The translations under genes were made by a program, and so were the position numbers. A stretch of DNA of 32,000 nt from Pseudodesulfovibrio mercurii (GTDB lineage: Bacteria; Desulfobacterota; Desulfovibrionia; Desulfovibrionales; Desulfovibrionaceae). The DNA is taken from positions 570,001 through 602,000 of the forward strand of contig NC_016803.1 in the NCBI RefSeq assembly GCF_000189295.2. The letters are read 5' to 3'. Every line of letters begins with the position of its first letter. Position 1 is the stretch's first letter. Positions 28,246-32,000 of the stretch are shown here, piece by piece. The notes beneath the pieces were generated by a model. That model was not told the origin of the DNA. It saw nothing but the letters and a program-made list of their open reading frames with translations, and searched no databases.

Positions 28246-28347
28246 GTTCTTGCGGGGAAAGAGTGGCCGAGCCGCTTTCAGCACCATCCGAACTCGGACC
28301 ATTTTCGGACCATCTGCCCGAAATGGCCTGTTCAGGGAGCCGAAAGC

Positions 28348-30087
28348 ATGAGCCATATCGTCCTTGACGGGAGCACCCATCACTTCCGTTATCGCGTTCC
28401 GCAGCAGTTCCATTCCGTCATCGGTCAGCAGGTCATCAAGGTGAGCCTGAAGACTGGCAACAAGCGCCTTGCCAACCAACGGGCCGAACGGTTAGCTTCG
28501 GCGGTCCGATCCTTTTTCACCCTGTTGCCCGACACGACCATGAACACGCTCTCCCCTGCCGATCTCAAAGCCAAGCTCCGAGCCTTCCTCGAACAGTGCC
28601 TTTACGAGGACGAAGGCAAACGAGCCATGCCGCCCCTTGAGGACCGAACACCGATCCCTGCCCATTTTCCGAAAGACCATGAACCGAGCAGGCTGGAGAT
28701 GTACATCGATGAGGCTGGTGCTGGGCTGGCACAGTCCGACTACACTTTCTTCGGTTCGTACATTGACCGCTTCATCACGCAGAGCGGCATTGAGGTGGCC
28801 CCGGATTCGACGGATTTTTACCGCATAGCCCGTGGCGTTTACGAGATGGTGTTCGACCTGCTGAACGTCCAACACTGCCGGGCGATGGGAGATGTGCTGG
28901 GTGAGCGGGAGTACTTGGCCAAGCTGCCTCCTGTTTCCGTTTCTCTACCGCAACCATCCATTCCTGTCCCCCTGCCCCAGCCGACGCAACCGGCTCCGGT
29001 TCTCGAAGCCGTGATGGAAAAGTACATCGAAGACAAGACCAAGTCGGAATGGGGCAAGGCCAGCATCAAGGACATCCCGCCGCAACTGCGCCGTTTCGTC
29101 GAATACGTCGGCTCCGGCATCCGCATCGACGAATTGACCCGTGACCACATGCGACTGTATCGCGACATCATCACGGGCCTGCCCAACGGCAACCACATCG
29201 CCAAGTACCGAGGCAAGACAAGAGACGAACTGCTTGCCATGGACATACCAGCGGCACATCGGCTCAAGTCCAAGTCCCTCGAAACCAACTACACCAACGT
29301 CAAATCCTTCCTGAACTGGTGTTGTGAAGAGGAGTTCCTCACGCAGGCTAATCCGTTGAAATCCGTCCTCAAGCTCGGCAAGAGCAACACCAACGCGACC
29401 ACGCCCAAACGCCGAGCCTTCACCCTCGACGAATTGAAAGCCCTGTTCGAGAACAAGGACTACCACAAGGGGAAATTCACCCATGCGGCCAACTTTTGGG
29501 TACCGATCATCGCGCTCTTTTCCGGCGCACGGCTGGAGGAAATCTGCCAGCTCTACCTTGATGACATACGCGAGATCGACGGCGTCATGTGCTTCGACAT
29601 CAATGCCGAGGATGACAAGGACATCAAGTCAGAGGCCGGAAAGCGGATTGTCCCCATCCATCCGTTCCTCATCGAGATCGGCCTGCTGGACCGTGTCGCC
29701 CACCTCCGAGCCAACGGAGAAGAACACCTCTTCCACCGCAGCACCTTGAGTCAAGCTGACGGCAAGCTATCCACCAACATCTCGAAGGCGTTCACCTACT
29801 TCCGGCGCAAGTATGGAATAGGCGGCAGCACCGACGAGACGAGCGAGGTGGTATTCCACTCATTCCGGCATACCGTCATCACGCTGGGCAAACACAAACG
29901 CGTTGACCGCAGGCTGGTCAAGGAAGTGGTCGGCCACGAAGAAGGTGAGTTCGAAGATGTGACCGGCGGCTACGAGGGAGCCGATCCGGTGAAGGCCAAG
30001 TTCGAGGAATTCATTTGCCAGATCGACTTCGACAAGGTGATGGACCTCGGCCATCTCAAGGGCAGCATGTGGATCACCAAGAGGTGA
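28348..30087 (+). CDS. tyrosine-type site-specific recombinase / phage integrase (579 aa, long N-terminal arm-type region)
   Basis: The catalytic contexts are FSGARLEEICQL (Arg I), HSFRHTVIT (H-x-x-R) and VGHEEG..TGGYEG (His/Tyr region). The N-terminus HHFRYRVPQQF..IKVSLKTGNKRLA resembles island-integrase N-domains. GGGAG lies upstream of the ATG. Confidence 0.88.
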   Translation: MSHIVLDGSTHHFRYRVPQQFHSVIGQQVIKVSLKTGNKRLANQRAERLASAVRSFFTLLPDTTMNTLSPADLKAKLRAFLEQCLYEDEGKRAMPPLEDRTPIPAHFPKDHEPSRLEMYIDEAGAGLAQSDYTFFGSYIDRFITQSGIEVAPDSTDFYRIARGVYEMVFDLLNVQHCRAMGDVLGEREYLAKLPPVSVSLPQPSIPVPLPQPTQPAPVLEAVMEKYIEDKTKSEWGKASIKDIPPQLRRFVEYVGSGIRIDELTRDHMRLYRDIITGLPNGNHIAKYRGKTRDELLAMDIPAAHRLKSKSLETNYTNVKSFLNWCCEEEFLTQANPLKSVLKLGKSNTNATTPKRRAFTLDELKALFENKDYHKGKFTHAANFWVPIIALFSGARLEEICQLYLDDIREIDGVMCFDINAEDDKDIKSEAGKRIVPIHPFLIEIGLLDRVAHLRANGEEHLFHRSTLSQADGKLSTNISKAFTYFRRKYGIGGSTDETSEVVFHSFRHTVITLGKHKRVDRRLVKEVVGHEEGEFEDVTGGYEGADPVKAKFEEFICQIDFDKVMDLGHLKGSMWITKR

Positions 30088-30166
30088 GTCTCGACCAGCC
30101 AAGGGCTGGAGTAGTCTTCCTGTGCGCGTCAGCATCGGCCTCTTATGCGTCCAGAAAAATCAACAG

Positions 30167-30293
30167 GCCGAAAATCGTCTGTAAACAGTCGGTAGTTCAA
30201 CCGCCGCCAAGAGCCGGATTACCCTCGCTGTGCCTCTGGGGAAGCCTCAGTTCAAGCGCATATCCTGAAAAAAACAGGAAGCCGAAAATCGTC
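30167..30293. repeat. pair of direct repeats (13-bp perfect core GCCGAAAATCGTC within about 30-bp imperfect units)
   Basis: The cores lie at 30167-30179 and 30281-30293. Each is preceded by a tccNgaaaaa..acagg context and followed within a few nt by ctgta. The spacing is 114 bp, in the intergenic region between the integrase and the 304-aa gene. Confidence 0.6.
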
Positions 30294-30336
30294 CAGCTTC
30301 TGTAGGACTTATGCACGAATACAGGACGACAAGACG

Positions 30337-31251
30337 CTAATCACTGAACTCGCGCAAGGTATCCCTGAACAAGGCCATGTCCTTCGCATCCAAGAAGATG
30401 AGGTTGTCATCCATGGCCCTGATCTTGTCCAGATACTGCTGTTTCTTGTTCAGGCTGTCCACGAGCTTGAAGTACTCCGAGGAGCCTGTCTGCCCCTGAA
30501 GTCGAGCCTCGATCTCGTGGATGTCCTGCTCCACGGCATCCAGCAACACGCGTTTGATCTCGTGATGGCAGTCATGCTTGACCGTGATCTCTTCCACCAC
30601 GTCGAAGGGAACATTTTTCTCGTTCCACACGGCCCACCGCTTTCCGAGCTTTCCCCATGATTCGAAGCAGCTCGTGTGGTGAGTCGTCGGTTCATCGGAC
30701 CCCATCTTTCGGAACAGCTTCTCCGGGGAGTCCGACACAACCTGCACTCGAACGGCCCGATCCTCCATCGTCCCGTCGAGATCATTGATCTTGACCCACC
30801 AGCCCTTTACCAGATTCTGAAGTTCGTCCTCGGGCATGTCGTTTTCAAGCCTGCCAAGGAGATGAAGAATCGGTACACCTCGTTGCGTTTCCGGCATGAG
30901 ACGCCAGAAGAACCAACTTCGGGGGAAGTTCGCCACGAATCGCCTGCGAAGGTTGGTGATCGCACGTTTCCAGTCCTTGGGAGAGGGCGAGGTCATGCAC
31001 GTCAACACGATGTAGTGCGTAGGCGTTTTGTGCAGTTTGATCTCGTTCAACGCCTTCTGGAGTGACAGCCTGCTCTTGTCCGTGAACCTGCTCCTCGACG
31101 GTGCTGCCGGTGACTTGCTGACCTTGGCCTTCTGCTTCTTCGGGCCACTCGCCTTGGGCTTGTTGTGATCAGTGATGCTGACGTACCCCGGCGCGATCCT
31201 GATGGTGTATTCGTCGTCGGGGTCGGGAATCCTGATATCGAGATCGGCCAT
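30337..31251 (-). CDS. island-encoded hypothetical protein (304 aa) with weak motif-level resemblance to rolling-circle (HUH-type) replication initiators
   Basis: A long ORF with GC3-biased codons and a basic Lys/Pro/Ser-rich N-terminal segment. The motifs THYIVLTC, FWRLMPETQRGVPILHLLG and LGKRWAVWNEKNV recall Rep motif I, the motif II region and the C-terminal G.R.W..S.N element. The second His and an obvious catalytic Tyr motif are not evident. Confidence 0.6.
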   Translation of the reverse strand: MADLDIRIPDPDDEYTIRIAPGYVSITDHNKPKASGPKKQKAKVSKSPAAPSRSRFTDKSRLSLQKALNEIKLHKTPTHYIVLTCMTSPSPKDWKRAITNLRRRFVANFPRSWFFWRLMPETQRGVPILHLLGRLENDMPEDELQNLVKGWWVKINDLDGTMEDRAVRVQVVSDSPEKLFRKMGSDEPTTHHTSCFESWGKLGKRWAVWNEKNVPFDVVEEITVKHDCHHEIKRVLLDAVEQDIHEIEARLQGQTGSSEYFKLVDSLNKKQQYLDKIRAMDDNLIFLDAKDMALFRDTLREFSD

Positions 31252-31548
31252 GGTATCACCTGATTTTCTTCAATGATTTCGAGAAGTGCCGGAAGGAGAT
31301 ACCATCTACGTATACAGTTCGTCAAACGAGAAGAGGCTCACCGGTCAAAGTGTGCCTCCCAGAATTTTTATGCAGGTCGGTACGTGATCCGCTCGTGGGT
31401 CGTTCGAGGAGGGGGAGTCGGCATAGTTGACCCTGATTCGCCCATTCGATACTGCTGATAATGAAGGTGCGGCAGCTCTTCGCCAGACCCTTCCGAGCAG
31501 TGCTGGTAGATACCGAAGGTACTGACTTCGGATAGGAGGTGATGCCTT

Positions 31549-31662
31549 ATGGCCAAGACCAAGTCTGGAAAGAAGAAGGTCCATGTCCCCGAACATGTCC
31601 GCACGGACAAGAACGGGAAGAAGACCAAGGTGCGCGAGCACTACCGCTCCACCCCTGAATAG
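31549..31662 (+). CDS. small, highly basic 37-aa protein (unlisted ORF): MAKTKSGKKKVHVPEHVRTDKNGKKTKVREHYRSTPE
   Basis: A strong SD (AGGAGGTGA, 31534-31542) lies 9 nt before ATG 31549. Third codon positions are strongly G/C-biased, unlike the overlapping antisense 98-aa ORF. It is divergent from the 304-aa gene. Confidence 0.5.
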   Translation: MAKTKSGKKKVHVPEHVRTDKNGKKTKVREHYRSTPE

Positions 31663-31665
31663 GGG

Positions 31666-32000
31666 CTAACCGGCTGCCGCATCTTCACTTCTTGCCCGTC
31701 CTGCCTTCTTTTTTCCCTTCGCCGTTTCTCGCTCAGCCTTGATTCGCTCCAGCAGGACAGAGGCCGGTTCGTCGTTCGGGTCTTGGGGTACGAGTTCGCC
31801 TCGGAAGGCTTTGGCGAGAATGGATTGATCGAGATTGGCGACTTGGCCTATCAGCCCGATGCTGTTCTCTCTCTGTCCTTTGATGACAGCCAGAGTTTGT
31901 TTTATCTTCCGCGCAAGCTCCACCTGCTCATCTTGCGGAGGTATAGGGACGGCAAGAGCTTTCAGCTTTGAGCCGTTGATGTTCGCCTGTCCAACCTGCT
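31666..32000 (-). CDS. hsdS: type I restriction-modification specificity subunit, 3' part only (5' end beyond the window)
   Basis: The open frame runs from the window edge: QVGQANINGSKLKALAVPIPPQDEQVELARKIKQTLAVIKG..LDQSILAKAFRGELVPQDPNDEPASVLLERIKAER... This is the conserved HsdS central/C-terminal helical motif and tail. Confidence 0.8.
   Translation of the reverse strand, partial: QVGQANINGSKLKALAVPIPPQDEQVELARKIKQTLAVIKGQRENSIGLIGQVANLDQSILAKAFRGELVPQDPNDEPASVLLERIKAERETAKGKKKAGRARSEDAAAG

Larger units (their letters stand above)
28190..32000. mobile_element. left end of a tRNA-Ser-associated integrative genomic island; the right end lies beyond the window
   Basis: A tyrosine integrase lies immediately 3' of the tRNA. 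G+C and GC3 visibly drop from about 28.3 kb. The cargo is orphan genes plus a type I R-M subunit. No copy of the tRNA 3' end (attR) was found within the window. Confidence 0.65.

Noticed and set aside
28165-28479. 104-aa minus-strand ORF spanning the tRNA-Ser 3' end, its terminator and the integrase start
   Set aside because: It overlaps a structural RNA gene and a terminator. It has no SD and its translation is uninformative.
31345-31641. 98-aa minus-strand ORF downstream of hsdS (also 31368..31628 and 31273..31458)
   Set aside because: Its third codon positions are A/T-rich with many CTT codons, the mirror image of AAG Lys codons on the other strand. The opposite-strand 37-aa ORF has a much better SD and GC3 bias. 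Some uncertainty remains.

Overview
High-G+C chromosomal segment whose gene order and codon bias look Desulfovibrio-like; the taxon is inference only.

**1-13.2 kb, + strand**
- corC-lnt-prfB. prfB requires the classical programmed +1 frameshift at CTT TGA C (2509-2515).
- A GGDEF diguanylate cyclase interrupted at a C7 run, then a MinD/ParA-type ATPase and ihfB.
- A signal-peptide protein whose frame runs through an in-frame TGA in a Cys-Pro-Thr-TGA (CxxU) context, making it a candidate selenoprotein.
- dapA, a GAF-LuxR regulator, and a PotD/A/B/C-like ABC importer.

**13.3-25.9 kb, - strand**
- An orphan PEP-CTERM protein with a sigma-54-type promoter candidate.
- Family II pyrophosphatase ppaC, preceded by a perfect TGTGA-N6-TCACA box.
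- The conserved block pyrG-kdsA-kdsC-lptC-lptA-lptB-rpoN-hpf-ptsN-rapZ followed by a mannose-family PTS IIA-IIB-IIC. The IIC gene is broken at a T9 run and there is no IID.

**26-28.2 kb, + strand**
- A purQ-like amidotransferase, tadA, a NifX/NifB-like protein and tRNA-Ser(CGA).

**28.2-32.0 kb**
- From the tRNA onward G+C visibly drops and an integrative island begins.
- It carries a 579-aa tyrosine integrase, iteron-like direct repeats, a 304-aa orphan with only motif-level Rep resemblance, and a 37-aa very basic ORF absent from the ORF track.
- It ends with the 3' part of a type I R-M hsdS gene that runs off the window.

No CRISPR array, rRNA or IS element was seen. Most long antisense or alternate-frame ORFs in the track are GC-rich shadow ORFs. 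I cannot demonstrate a complete novel multi-gene system from this window.

**Strongest leads**
- The hidden CxxU selenoprotein candidate at 5623-6483.
- The sigma-54/UAS-controlled PEP-CTERM orphan.
- The uncharacterised cargo of the tRNA-Ser island.
- Two homopolymer frameshifts, which are either assembly errors or slippage switches.
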